From positions 224,786 through 248,785 of the forward strand of contig NZ_JACHGR010000007.1 in assembly GCF_014202415.1 (NCBI RefSeq): 24,000 nt of DNA. Reading direction: 5' to 3'. Below are positions 9,452-17,663 of the stretch, piece by piece (the first letter of the stretch is position 1; each line of letters opens with the position of its first letter). A program made the translations under genes and the position numbers. The DNA is from Tolumonas osonensis (lineage in GTDB: Bacteria > Pseudomonadota > Gammaproteobacteria > Enterobacterales > Aeromonadaceae). The notes beneath the pieces were generated by a model. It did no database searches. It was not told the DNA's origin and worked only from the letters and a program-made list of their open reading frames with translations.

Positions 9452-10075
9452 TTAATGTTTGCAGCCACCGTGGCCACCGCAACATTCATGCGCATCATCG
9501 TCATCATGTGCATGACCTTTTCCGCCACAGCACTCATGATCATCATCATGACCATGGCCGCCACAGCAACCTTCACCATGAGCGTGATGGTGGTGATGTC
9601 CGCAGCCTTCGTCGTCACCATGCACATGACCATGAGCAATTTCTTCAGCCGTCGCAGCGCGGACGCCTTGCACAGTCACCTTGAAATGCAGATCCATGCC
9701 AGCTAACGGATGGTTTGCATCTACTTTTACAAAATCTTCCGACACTTCAACGATAGTAACCGGACGGTGACCATCATCGGTATCCGCAACAAACGTATCA
9801 CCTTCGGCAACTTCCATGCCGTCGAACAATTCACCAGGCACATCCTGCACCAGAGATTCTTCATATTCACCGTAGGCATCCATCGCTGGAACAGTCAGTT
9901 CAAAGCTGTCGCCTTCTTCACGATCATACAAAGCGCTTTCCAGCCCAGGAACTAAAAAACCGCTGCCTTGCAGATAAACAAGCGGCTCACGCCCTTCGGT
10001 TGTATCCAGCACTTCGCCCGCATCGTCAGACACGGTGTAATCCAGCGTTACTACGCTCAAATGAGTAATCTTCAT
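9452..10075 (-). CDS. slyD: FKBP-type peptidyl-prolyl isomerase/metallochaperone SlyD with a His/Cys/Asp-rich C-terminal tail (207 aa)
   Basis: FKBP plus IF-domain body (VVTLDYTV...LVYLQGSGFLVPGLESAL...DANHPLAGMDLHFKVTV), followed by a roughly 60-aa metal-binding tail (HGHVHGDDEGCGHHHHHAHGEGCCGGHGH...ECCGGHGGCKH) as in E. coli SlyD. Confidence 0.92.
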   Translation of the reverse strand: MKITHLSVVTLDYTVSDDAGEVLDTTEGREPLVYLQGSGFLVPGLESALYDREEGDSFELTVPAMDAYGEYEESLVQDVPGELFDGMEVAEGDTFVADTDDGHRPVTIVEVSEDFVKVDANHPLAGMDLHFKVTVQGVRAATAEEIAHGHVHGDDEGCGHHHHHAHGEGCCGGHGHDDDHECCGGKGHAHDDDDAHECCGGHGGCKH

Positions 10076-10228
10076 TATGTATCCCGGTTAAATGACAACT
10101 ATCTTCGTCAGCATACCGGAAAAATCCGGTAAAACACAGTCACCACCATCTCATTCAGGTGCTGCCGGACAACTCTTTTCTTCGTATAATGATTTTTTAT
10201 CTTTATCGGCCGCAGAATTATTCCCGTC

Positions 10229-12166
10229 ATGATCATCGTATCTCAAATCACGCTGCTCCGAGGCAATAAGCCTTTGTTAGAAGAAGCTACCGCCACTATT
10301 CATCCGGGTCAGAAAGTCGGGCTGGTTGGAAAAAACGGTTGCGGAAAATCGAGCTTTTTTGCTCTGTTAAAGGGGGAACTGACTGTTGATGCCGGTTCGA
10401 TTTCTGTACCAGCTCAATGGCAAATCGCAACCGTTGCTCAGGAAACCCCGGCTCTTGAATGTTCTGCGCTGGATTATGTCATTGACGGCGATAAAGAATT
10501 CCGCGACCTGGAGCAACAGCTACAAAACGCAGAACAACAAAGCGATGGTATTCGTATTGCAGAACTGCATGCCCGGTTGGATGCTGCCGGTGCCTATACG
10601 GTTCGCTCCCGTGCGGGAGAATTACTGCACGGCCTGGGCTTTACCAGTGAACAGCACCAGCAACCGGTCTCCGCCTTCTCGGGGGGCTGGCGTATGCGTC
10701 TTAACCTGGCACAGGCACTGATTTGCCCTTCAGATCTTTTACTGCTTGATGAACCGACTAACCACCTGGATTTAGACGCCGTTATCTGGCTGGAAAGCTG
10801 GTTGCGTTCATATCGCGGCACACTGATCCTGATTTCGCATGACCGAGACTTTCTGGATCGCGTCATCGGCCGCATTATTCATATCGAAAATGGCAAATTG
10901 AACGAATATACCGGGGGCTATTCCGATTTCGAAATCCAACGAGCATCTGCGCTGGCACAGCAACAATCCATGTATGAGAAACAGCAACAAGCACTGAGCA
11001 AGATGCAGGATTATGTCGACCGCTTCCGCTATAAAGCGACCAAAGCCCGTCAAGCACAAAGCCGTCTGAAAGCGATGGAACGGATGGAGCTCATTCTTCC
11101 GGCTCATGTCGACTCTCAGTTCCAGTTTCAGTTCCGTGAACCAGACGCTTTGCCAACACCACTGATCAGCATGGAAAATTTAAGTGCCGGTTACGGTGAA
11201 AAGCTGATCCTAGAAAAAATCAAACTAAATCTGGTTCCCGGCTCCCGCATTGGTCTGCTGGGGCGAAACGGTGCCGGTAAATCCACCTTCATTAAATTGC
11301 TGGCCGGTGAACTCCAACCTCTTTCCGGTAAGCTGGAACCCAGCAAAGGCGTCAAGATTGGTTACTTTGCCCAGCATCAACTGGAATCGCTGCAACAGGG
11401 TGATTCACCTCTGCAGCATCTGACCCGTATTGCTGGCAACCGGCCGGAGCAGGAGCTGCGCAATTTCCTGGGCGGATTCGGCTTCCATGGTGATCAGGCG
11501 CTTGAAGCGGTTGATACTTTCTCTGGCGGTGAAAAAGCTCGTCTGGTATTGGCCTTGTTAGTCTGGCAGAAACCGAATCTGTTATTACTCGACGAACCAA
11601 CCAACCATCTTGACCTGGAAATGCGTGAAGCGCTGACGCTGGCACTGCAGGGTTTCGAGGGCGCCATGGTGATCGTCTCGCACGATCGGCATTTGTTACG
11701 CACCACCACCGATGAGTTTTATCTGGTTCATCAGAAACGGCTGGAAGCATTTGATGGCGATCTGGATGATTATCATAAATGGTTAACCGAGCAGGATAAA
11801 AACGTCGGTGAAGCCAAAACAGATAACAGTAACACCATGGCAGCCCCACAAAGTGCCGCTGCACGTAAAGATCAGAAACGGCGGGAAGCGGACTTCCGGC
11901 AACAAACCCGCCCTTTGCGTCAGAAACTGGAAAAACATGAACAACAGATGGCTAAGCTGCAAAGTAAGCTGGATGATATTGAGCAGGCACTCGCTGATCC
12001 GGCCATTTATCAGGATGATGCCAAAACCAGACTGACCGGCTTATTAGCGCAGCAAGGCCCACTGAAGAACGAACTGGAACAAACTGAACTGGAATGGATG
12101 GACATTTCGGAACAGCTGGAACAGATGGAACAACAATTTGCCAGTGAAATGGCGATTCAGGATTAA
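10229..12166 (+). CDS. yheS: ABC-F family ATPase (two ABC domains, no TMD, C-terminal coiled coil; 645 aa)
   Basis: Two Walker A motifs (GKNGCGKS, GRNGAGKS), two signatures (FSGGWRMRLNLAQAL, FSGGEKARLVLALL) and two Walker B motifs (LLLLDEPTNHLD twice). Colinear almost throughout with E. coli YheS as I recall it. No obvious SD at the start. Confidence 0.88.
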   Translation: MIIVSQITLLRGNKPLLEEATATIHPGQKVGLVGKNGCGKSSFFALLKGELTVDAGSISVPAQWQIATVAQETPALECSALDYVIDGDKEFRDLEQQLQNAEQQSDGIRIAELHARLDAAGAYTVRSRAGELLHGLGFTSEQHQQPVSAFSGGWRMRLNLAQALICPSDLLLLDEPTNHLDLDAVIWLESWLRSYRGTLILISHDRDFLDRVIGRIIHIENGKLNEYTGGYSDFEIQRASALAQQQSMYEKQQQALSKMQDYVDRFRYKATKARQAQSRLKAMERMELILPAHVDSQFQFQFREPDALPTPLISMENLSAGYGEKLILEKIKLNLVPGSRIGLLGRNGAGKSTFIKLLAGELQPLSGKLEPSKGVKIGYFAQHQLESLQQGDSPLQHLTRIAGNRPEQELRNFLGGFGFHGDQALEAVDTFSGGEKARLVLALLVWQKPNLLLLDEPTNHLDLEMREALTLALQGFEGAMVIVSHDRHLLRTTTDEFYLVHQKRLEAFDGDLDDYHKWLTEQDKNVGEAKTDNSNTMAAPQSAAARKDQKRREADFRQQTRPLRQKLEKHEQQMAKLQSKLDDIEQALADPAIYQDDAKTRLTGLLAQQGPLKNELEQTELEWMDISEQLEQMEQQFASEMAIQD

Positions 12167-12169
12167 AAC

Positions 12170-13018
12170 ATGCTTAGTTATCGTCATGCATTTCATGCTG
12201 GCAACCATGCCGACATATTAAAACACGCGGTTATTTCTCTGCTGATTGATCAGCTGAAACAAAAAGATAAACCGTTCTGTTATCTCGACACGCACTCAGG
12301 TGGTGGTTGCTATGATCTCACCGGTGAATGGGCGAACAAGAAAGCAGAATATCTGGATGGCATCGCCCGTCTATGGCCGCAAAGAGATAAATGGCCAGCC
12401 CTGAAAAGCTATCTGGACTGCGTTACCGCACTCAATAGTGGTGATGAATTGCATTATTACCCTGGCTCACCGGAAATTGCCCGTTCACTGCTGAGGGAAC
12501 AGGATCGCCTGATCCTGATGGAGCTGCATAACAACGAAATCGATATTTTGCGCCAGCATATGCATCGTGATAAGCGCGTTGCATTACATCACCGCGATGG
12601 TTTTGAAGGTCTTGTTGCTCTGACGCCCCCCACTCCACGACGCGGGCTGGCACTCATCGATCCGCCCTATGAATTAAAAGAGGATTATGAGCGTGTCGTG
12701 AAAACCCTGGCCAAGGCTTGGAAACGCTGGTCAGTCGGTATTTATGCCGTTTGGTATCCGTTGCTGGGTAAAGAAGCTGATCGCAGTCAATACATGCTCA
12801 GAGAATGCGAAAAACTAGGCATCCCGATGCTAACGGCCGAACTGAGTGTTCAGGCGCAGTCACCGACCTGGGGTATGCATGGATCCGGCATGACTATATT
12901 TAACCCGCCGTGGCAGTTCGAACAACAACTGGAAAAATTGCTACCTGAACTCTGTTCCTTATTAGCGCTGACGCCTCAGGCAAGCTGGACGATAAAGTCG
13001 CATAATTCAGAGAGTTAA
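12170..13018 (+). CDS. rlmJ: 23S rRNA (adenine2030-N6)-methyltransferase RlmJ (282 aa)
   Basis: N-terminus MLSYRHAFHAGNHADILKH and the DPPY catalytic motif (LIDPPYE) match RlmJ/YhiR. It starts 3 nt after the yheS stop, with an AGGA SD. Confidence 0.9.
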   Translation: MLSYRHAFHAGNHADILKHAVISLLIDQLKQKDKPFCYLDTHSGGGCYDLTGEWANKKAEYLDGIARLWPQRDKWPALKSYLDCVTALNSGDELHYYPGSPEIARSLLREQDRLILMELHNNEIDILRQHMHRDKRVALHHRDGFEGLVALTPPTPRRGLALIDPPYELKEDYERVVKTLAKAWKRWSVGIYAVWYPLLGKEADRSQYMLRECEKLGIPMLTAELSVQAQSPTWGMHGSGMTIFNPPWQFEQQLEKLLPELCSLLALTPQASWTIKSHNSES

Positions 13019-13029
13019 ACCGAGAAAAA

Positions 13030-13072
13030 GGATGTCATTCGATACCCAAATTTCGAATGACATCCGTTTTTT
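13030..13072 (+). terminator. Strong rho-independent terminator after rlmJ
   Basis: 13-bp perfect stem GGATGTCATTCGA (13030-13042) / TCGAATGACATCC (13053-13065), then g + TTTTTT (13067-13072). Confidence 0.9.
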
Positions 13073-13292
13073 CCTGATGGCTCTTCATCTTTATGAGCAA
13101 AATTTTTTATATATAGATATTTTTCACAATATTCTTTATTTACCGCCAAAAACCGACATATCTACAAGCAGAAATCCAAAAAAAGGCTATCTTGTTAGAT
13201 TTTTTTGCCAAAAAACCACACATTTCCCCGCCGTTAATGCTGATAAATAGTCCATCAGACAGATTGTTGCGTAAATAGAGCAAAATTTGCTA

Positions 13293-13320
13293 TTGCACTG
13301 TCACACAAAAGCCCGATAAT
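13293..13320 (+). promoter_or_regulatory. Candidate sigma-70 promoter of the decarboxylase gene (TTGCAC-N16-GATAAT)
   Basis: -35 TTGCAC at 13293-13298, a 16-nt spacer and -10 GATAAT at 13315-13320 predict a 5' UTR of about 90 nt. A perfect inverted repeat AGCAAA-a-TTTGCT (13279-13291) abuts the -35. Sequence match only. Confidence 0.35.
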
Positions 13321-13417
13321 GCGCCGGATTTTTTATAAAGCATCGCGTTCTGCTTGATCGGACAGAGCGTATCACTGGTGACAGGGCCGTGGCCCTTTTG
13401 TGAGGTGTAAACATACA

Positions 13418-14578
13418 ATGAACAACGAAATCGTCCCTGCTGAACTGGATTACCGCGAATTGGTCGCAACCTATGGTTCACCCTTGCTGGTTCTGGATCA
13501 GGCCGCTGTCCGTAAACAATACCGCGCTTTAGTTAACGCCCTGCCGGGTGTTCGTATGCATTATGCGTTAAAGCCATTACCGCATTCAGCTGTTGTTGCC
13601 ACCCTGAAAGCCGAAGGTTGTGGTTTCGATTTAGCCACGAACGGCGAAGTTGATGTGATGCTGGAAAATCAGATCAATCCGGACGATTGTATTCATACTC
13701 ACCCGATCAAGCGTGACGGCGACATCCGTTATGCACTGGAATACGGCTGCAAAGTTTTCGTATTCGATAATCCGGTTGAACTGGATAAGTTCATCCCTTA
13801 TCAGGATCAGGCCCAATTATTACTGCGTGTCAGCTTTCCGAATCCGGAAACCAAAGTGGATCTGTCCAAAAAATTTGGCTGCACGCCGGAAGCAGCCTTG
13901 CCTCTGCTGCGAAAAGCCAAAGCCATGGGTCTGAATGTGATTGGCCTGTCATTCCATGTAGGATCACAGGTGCCGAATGCGCGTCGCCATGTAGAAGCGA
14001 TTACTTCCTGTAATCAGATCCTGCGTGATGCCGCTGCTGAAGGTATTGAGCTGCAGGTTCTGGATATTGGTGGCGGTTTCCCGGTGAACTACGGCTCTGA
14101 TGGCGCCGATTTCAATATCTATGATTTCTGTGCACCAATCCGCGAAGCACTGAACAATACCCCTGCCGGTATCCGTAAACTGGCTGAGCCAGGCCGTTTC
14201 ATCTGTGCACCGTGCATGACCTCCGTCGCAAGTGTGATGGGCAAGGCTGAGCGTTTTGGCCGCATCTGGTATTACCTGGATGATGGCCTGTACGGTAGCT
14301 ACAGTGGTCAGCTATTTGATCATATCAACTATCCGAAGTCTGCACCTTACGCTACCGGTGAAGTAAAGCCTGCCGTACTGGCTGGCCCGACCTGCGACAG
14401 TATTGATGTGCTGGCAGACGATATCGACTTACCAGAACTGAATGTCGGTGATGTCATTGTTGGTAAAATGATGGGGGCTTATACCTGGGCCTCAGCAACC
14501 GAATTCAATTTCTTCCGTAAAGCAAGCATTCTGGTAGTTGATAGCCAGGAAGCGTCTGCAATGGAAGTTATGGCTTGA
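13418..14578 (+). CDS. Fold-III (alanine-racemase-fold, eukaryotic-type) PLP-dependent basic amino acid decarboxylase, ornithine/lysine decarboxylase-like (386 aa); substrate not assignable by eye
   Basis: Family motifs are present: the PLP-lysine context HYALKP, GFDLATNGE, SFHVGSQ, the glycine loop DIGGGFP, EPGRF, and the catalytic GPTCDSID. This last is Cys-Asp as in ODC or L/ODC, rather than the Cys-Glu of DAP decarboxylases. Start taken as ATG 13418 (GAGG 12 nt upstream); GTG 13400 is an alternative. Confidence 0.8.
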   Translation: MNNEIVPAELDYRELVATYGSPLLVLDQAAVRKQYRALVNALPGVRMHYALKPLPHSAVVATLKAEGCGFDLATNGEVDVMLENQINPDDCIHTHPIKRDGDIRYALEYGCKVFVFDNPVELDKFIPYQDQAQLLLRVSFPNPETKVDLSKKFGCTPEAALPLLRKAKAMGLNVIGLSFHVGSQVPNARRHVEAITSCNQILRDAAAEGIELQVLDIGGGFPVNYGSDGADFNIYDFCAPIREALNNTPAGIRKLAEPGRFICAPCMTSVASVMGKAERFGRIWYYLDDGLYGSYSGQLFDHINYPKSAPYATGEVKPAVLAGPTCDSIDVLADDIDLPELNVGDVIVGKMMGAYTWASATEFNFFRKASILVVDSQEASAMEVMA

Positions 14579-14601
14579 TTTAAAGATAATTAAGCAAAAT
14601 T

Positions 14602-14639
14602 AAAGGGCAGCGATGAATATCCGCTGCCCTTTGTTTTTT
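14602..14639. terminator. Bidirectional rho-independent terminator between the convergent decarboxylase gene and pdxJ
   Basis: 11-bp perfect stem AAAGGGCAGCG (14602-14612) / CGCTGCCCTTT (14622-14632) with a 9-nt loop, followed by gTTTTTT. An A-rich tract upstream provides the U-tract for the minus-strand transcript. Confidence 0.88.
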
Positions 14640-14652
14640 CAGCCAGTTAAAA

Positions 14653-15384
14653 CTACTGACGCGCTTCAAGCATCAGACGCTTCATTTCCGCCACGGCTTC
14701 CGGCAAACCGGTAAATACAGCCCGACCGATAATCGCATGGCCAATATTCAGTTCAATCATCTCCGGGATCGCAGCGATAGCCTGCACGTTCTGATAATGC
14801 AGACCATGGCCGGCATTCACTTTCAGACCTTTTTGCGAGGCATAGGCTGCGGCTTCGGTAATACGGGCTAATTCTTCCAGCTGTGCTTCTTCTGTTTCAG
14901 CATCAGCATAGCGTCCGGTATGGATCTCGATATAAGGCGCACCGGCTGCAACGGCTGCATCAATCTGAACATGGTCGGCATCAATAAACAGCGAAACCTT
15001 TGTCCCGACAGCTGTAAGCCGATTGACCGCATCCTGGATCCGGTCAACCTGAGAGGCGACATCCAAACCACCTTCTGTTGTGACTTCCTGACGCTTTTCA
15101 GGAACCAGACACACAAACTGAGGCTTGATGCGACAGGCAATGGACACCATCTCTTCGGTAACGGCCATTTCCAGGTTCATGCGCGTTTTGATTGTCTGGC
15201 GCAGAATTTCAACATCGCGGTCCGTGATATGACGGCGATCTTCACGCAAATGCACAGTAATTCCCTCTGCGCCTGCCTGTTCTGCCAGTGCCGCAGCAAA
15301 TACAGGATCCGGATATGCGGTGCCACGGGCGTTACGCAGTGTAGCTACGTGATCAATATTCACACCCAATAAAATCTTGCTCAC
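14653..15384 (-). CDS. pdxJ: Pyridoxine 5'-phosphate synthase (243 aa), GTG start
   Basis: [24 protein letters not shown]...[18 protein letters not shown] is almost identical in pattern to E. coli PdxJ. The GTG start overlaps the recO stop (GTGA). Confidence 0.95.
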   Translation of the reverse strand: MSKILLGVNIDHVATLRNARGTAYPDPVFAAALAEQAGAEGITVHLREDRRHITDRDVEILRQTIKTRMNLEMAVTEEMVSIACRIKPQFVCLVPEKRQEVTTEGGLDVASQVDRIQDAVNRLTAVGTKVSLFIDADHVQIDAAVAAGAPYIEIHTGRYADAETEEAQLEELARITEAAAYASQKGLKVNAGHGLHYQNVQAIAAIPEMIELNIGHAIIGRAVFTGLPEAVAEMKRLMLEARQ

Positions 15385-16106
15385 TCTGATCTCCTTGCTA
15401 TAAATGCAGAATAAAGCTCCCTGCTTTTCAGGGGTCGATTACCTAATAATGCAGCAAACGCCTGACGGCTGAAACGACGGGCTGCAGCTAAAATATTTTC
15501 ATCAGAAAAGTCTTGTTCCGATATTCCGATTATTTCCCTGCCAGAAAAAACGGAATGGTTACATAATGCCGTTGTGACAAAACCGGCTTCAGGTTCATAA
15601 CGATAAAAACAAGCCGGATCAATAGGCAAGCCGCTATCTGCAGCGTAACAAAAATCCGAGCCATAGCCTAATTGCTGCAGCAGCAACAGTTCAAATTGTC
15701 TTAACAGCGGCGAAACCAATTCTTGCTGATTTGATAGCGCCAGTAATGTCTGAAAATAACTGCTGAACAATCCGGGATATTCGGCATCAGGTTCCAGTAA
15801 ATAATACAGCAATTCATTCAGATACAAGCCACTGAACAACCTCTCCCCCTGCAATACAATTTGTGCACTGCGAGCCTCAAGTTGCGATAGTGTTTTCAGA
15901 CTACTGTTGCCGCTATAGCAAATATGCAGAGGTAAAAAGGGCTGTAACAGCCCCTTTACAGAGGATCGGGAAGAACGGGAGCCTTTGGCAACAACAGAGA
16001 TTTTCCCCATTGAGGCAACAAACAGATCCACCAGTTGACTGGTTTCCCGGTATGGACGGGTGTGCAAAACAAAAGCCGGTAATAACTCCGGCTCAGTCAT
16101 CACCAT
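15381..16106 (-). CDS. recO: DNA repair protein RecO (241 aa; start could be Met3 at 16100)
   Basis: [13 protein letters not shown]...[19 protein letters not shown]...PLKSRELY is colinear with E. coli RecO. Conserved era-recO-pdxJ order. 14-nt overlap with era. Confidence 0.88.
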   Translation of the reverse strand: MVMTEPELLPAFVLHTRPYRETSQLVDLFVASMGKISVVAKGSRSSRSSVKGLLQPFLPLHICYSGNSSLKTLSQLEARSAQIVLQGERLFSGLYLNELLYYLLEPDAEYPGLFSSYFQTLLALSNQQELVSPLLRQFELLLLQQLGYGSDFCYAADSGLPIDPACFYRYEPEAGFVTTALCNHSVFSGREIIGISEQDFSDENILAAARRFSRQAFAALLGNRPLKSRELYSAFIARRSE

Positions 16107-16995
16107 AACCTAAGCTACGCAAGGCGCGTTCATCATCGGCCCAGCCGGATTTCACTTTCACCCACAGTTCCAGGAAAACGCGTTGTCCAAACAGGCGCTC
16201 CATATCCATGCGAGCCTCAGTACCGATAACCTTGAGTTTCTCACCCTTGTTACCGATCACCATTTTTTTCTGGCCTTCACGCTCAACCAGGATCAGCGCA
16301 TTAATATGGAATAAACCATCTTCTTCCACTTTGAAACGTTCAATCTCAACCGTGACTGAGTAGGGTAACTCCTCGCCCATGAAGCGCATCAATTTTTCAC
16401 GCACAATCTCCGATGCCATAAAGCGGGAGCTGCGATCTGTAATATAATCTTCCGGGAAATAGTGTTGGCCTTCAGGTAACAGCTGACGGGCCATTTCACG
16501 GATCTTGTCGACATTGGTACCTTTGGTCGCTGAGATCGGCAGGATCTCAGCAAAATTGCCTTTTTGTGCCAACCATTGCAGATGAGGTAATAACACCTCT
16601 TTATCCTTGATGTTATCGACCTTGTTAACCGCCAGAACAACCGGACAACGGACATGACGCAGCTTGTTCAGCACCATCTCATCGTCATCCGTCCATTGTG
16701 TGCCATCGACGACAAAAACCACCATCTCGACATCACCCAAGGAGCTGGTCGCGGCCCGGTTCATTAACCGGTTAATGGCGCGCTTTTCTTCAATATGCAG
16801 ACCCGGTGTATCCACAAATACCGTCTGGTAAGCACCTTGAGTATCAATGCCCAGGATACGGTGACGAGTTGTCTGTGGCTTCCGAGAGGTAATACTGACT
16901 TTCTGCCCCAATAATTTATTGAGCAAGGTCGATTTACCCACATTCGGCCGGCCTACAATTGCAACAAAGCCACAGTAGGTTTTTTCTTCGGTCAT
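16093..16995 (-). CDS. era: GTPase Era (300 aa)
   Basis: G1 [10 protein letters not shown]3 DTPG and G4 NKVD, plus a C-terminal KH domain ([10 protein letters not shown]). 4-nt overlap with rnc. Confidence 0.95.
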   Translation of the reverse strand: MTEEKTYCGFVAIVGRPNVGKSTLLNKLLGQKVSITSRKPQTTRHRILGIDTQGAYQTVFVDTPGLHIEEKRAINRLMNRAATSSLGDVEMVVFVVDGTQWTDDDEMVLNKLRHVRCPVVLAVNKVDNIKDKEVLLPHLQWLAQKGNFAEILPISATKGTNVDKIREMARQLLPEGQHYFPEDYITDRSSRFMASEIVREKLMRFMGEELPYSVTVEIERFKVEEDGLFHINALILVEREGQKKMVIGNKGEKLKVIGTEARMDMERLFGQRVFLELWVKVKSGWADDERALRSLGYGDD

Positions 16996-17663
16996 GCTAA
17001 TTGCTCCAGTGCTTTTTCAGCAGCGGCCTGTTCGGCCTTTCTGCGGCTGGAACCAATACCTACGAACGCAGCCTCAACATCATCAATAACACACTCAACC
17101 GTAAACTGTTGATTATGTGCTTCACCTTTAACATCCGTTACAGCATAAGTTGGTAGCGGACGACGACGCCCCTGCAAAAATTCTTGCAGACGTGTTTTTG
17201 GATCCTTCTGCTCAACGCCAGGACGAATAGAATCTAACCGTTCGTTATACCAGTTCAGCAATAACGTCCTGATCCCTTCCAGATTAGTATCCAGATAAAT
17301 AGCACCGATCAGGGCTTCCACGGTATCAGCCAGAATAGATTCCCGCCGGTACCCGCCGCTTTTCAGTTCCCCAGGTCCCAGAATGAGGTAATCCCCCAAC
17401 ACAAACTCCCGCGCCAGTTCAGCCAGTGTTTTTTCACGGACCAGAGTCGCTCTCATGCGGCTCATATCTCCCTCACTGACATTCGGGAAACGATGGTAAA
17501 GCACCTCGGCGATCACCAGACTTAATATAGAATCACCTAAAAACTCCAGGCGTTCATTATGACGAGAGCCTGCGCTACGATGTGTAACAGCCCGAATTAA
17601 TAAATCCTTATTCTGAAACTGATAGCCGAGCTTTTTCTCTAAGCGAGATAACTTATCATTCAC
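16992..17663 (-). CDS. rnc: Ribonuclease III (223 aa), GTG start overlapping the lepB stop
   Basis: RNase III signature [12 protein letters not shown] and a C-terminal dsRBD (...[14 protein letters not shown]). The start GTG at 17663 overlaps the lepB TGA (GTGA). Confidence 0.93.
   Translation of the reverse strand: MNDKLSRLEKKLGYQFQNKDLLIRAVTHRSAGSRHNERLEFLGDSILSLVIAEVLYHRFPNVSEGDMSRMRATLVREKTLAELAREFVLGDYLILGPGELKSGGYRRESILADTVEALIGAIYLDTNLEGIRTLLLNWYNERLDSIRPGVEQKDPKTRLQEFLQGRRRPLPTYAVTDVKGEAHNQQFTVECVIDDVEAAFVGIGSSRRKAEQAAAEKALEQLA

Noticed and set aside
9448-9706. ORFs 9448-9639(-) and 9455-9706(+) rich in M/V/A/T
   Set aside because: They are artefacts of the repetitive CAT/CAC/GAT-rich DNA encoding the SlyD His/Asp/Cys tail. 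They are alternative-frame and antisense readings of that low-complexity stretch.
10115-10130. Hairpin ACCGGA-aaaa-TCCGGT in the slyD/yheS divergent intergenic region, and TATAAT at 10185-10190
   Set aside because: The hairpin lies upstream of both genes, so it is not positioned as a terminator, and it has no U-tract context. The TATAAT has no acceptable -35 (CTGCCG). Either could be functional, but the sequence alone does not support a call.
13032-13250. 72-aa ORF in the rlmJ-decarboxylase intergenic region (MSFDTQISNDIRFF...)
   Set aside because: Its ATG sits inside the stem of the rlmJ terminator hairpin, with no properly spaced SD. The ORF exists only because AT-rich DNA happens to lack stops in that frame, and the composition (F/I/Y/N/K-rich) is typical of translated AT-rich non-coding DNA. 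The same reasoning applies to the 63-aa ORF at 13290-13481(-), which overlaps the decarboxylase start.
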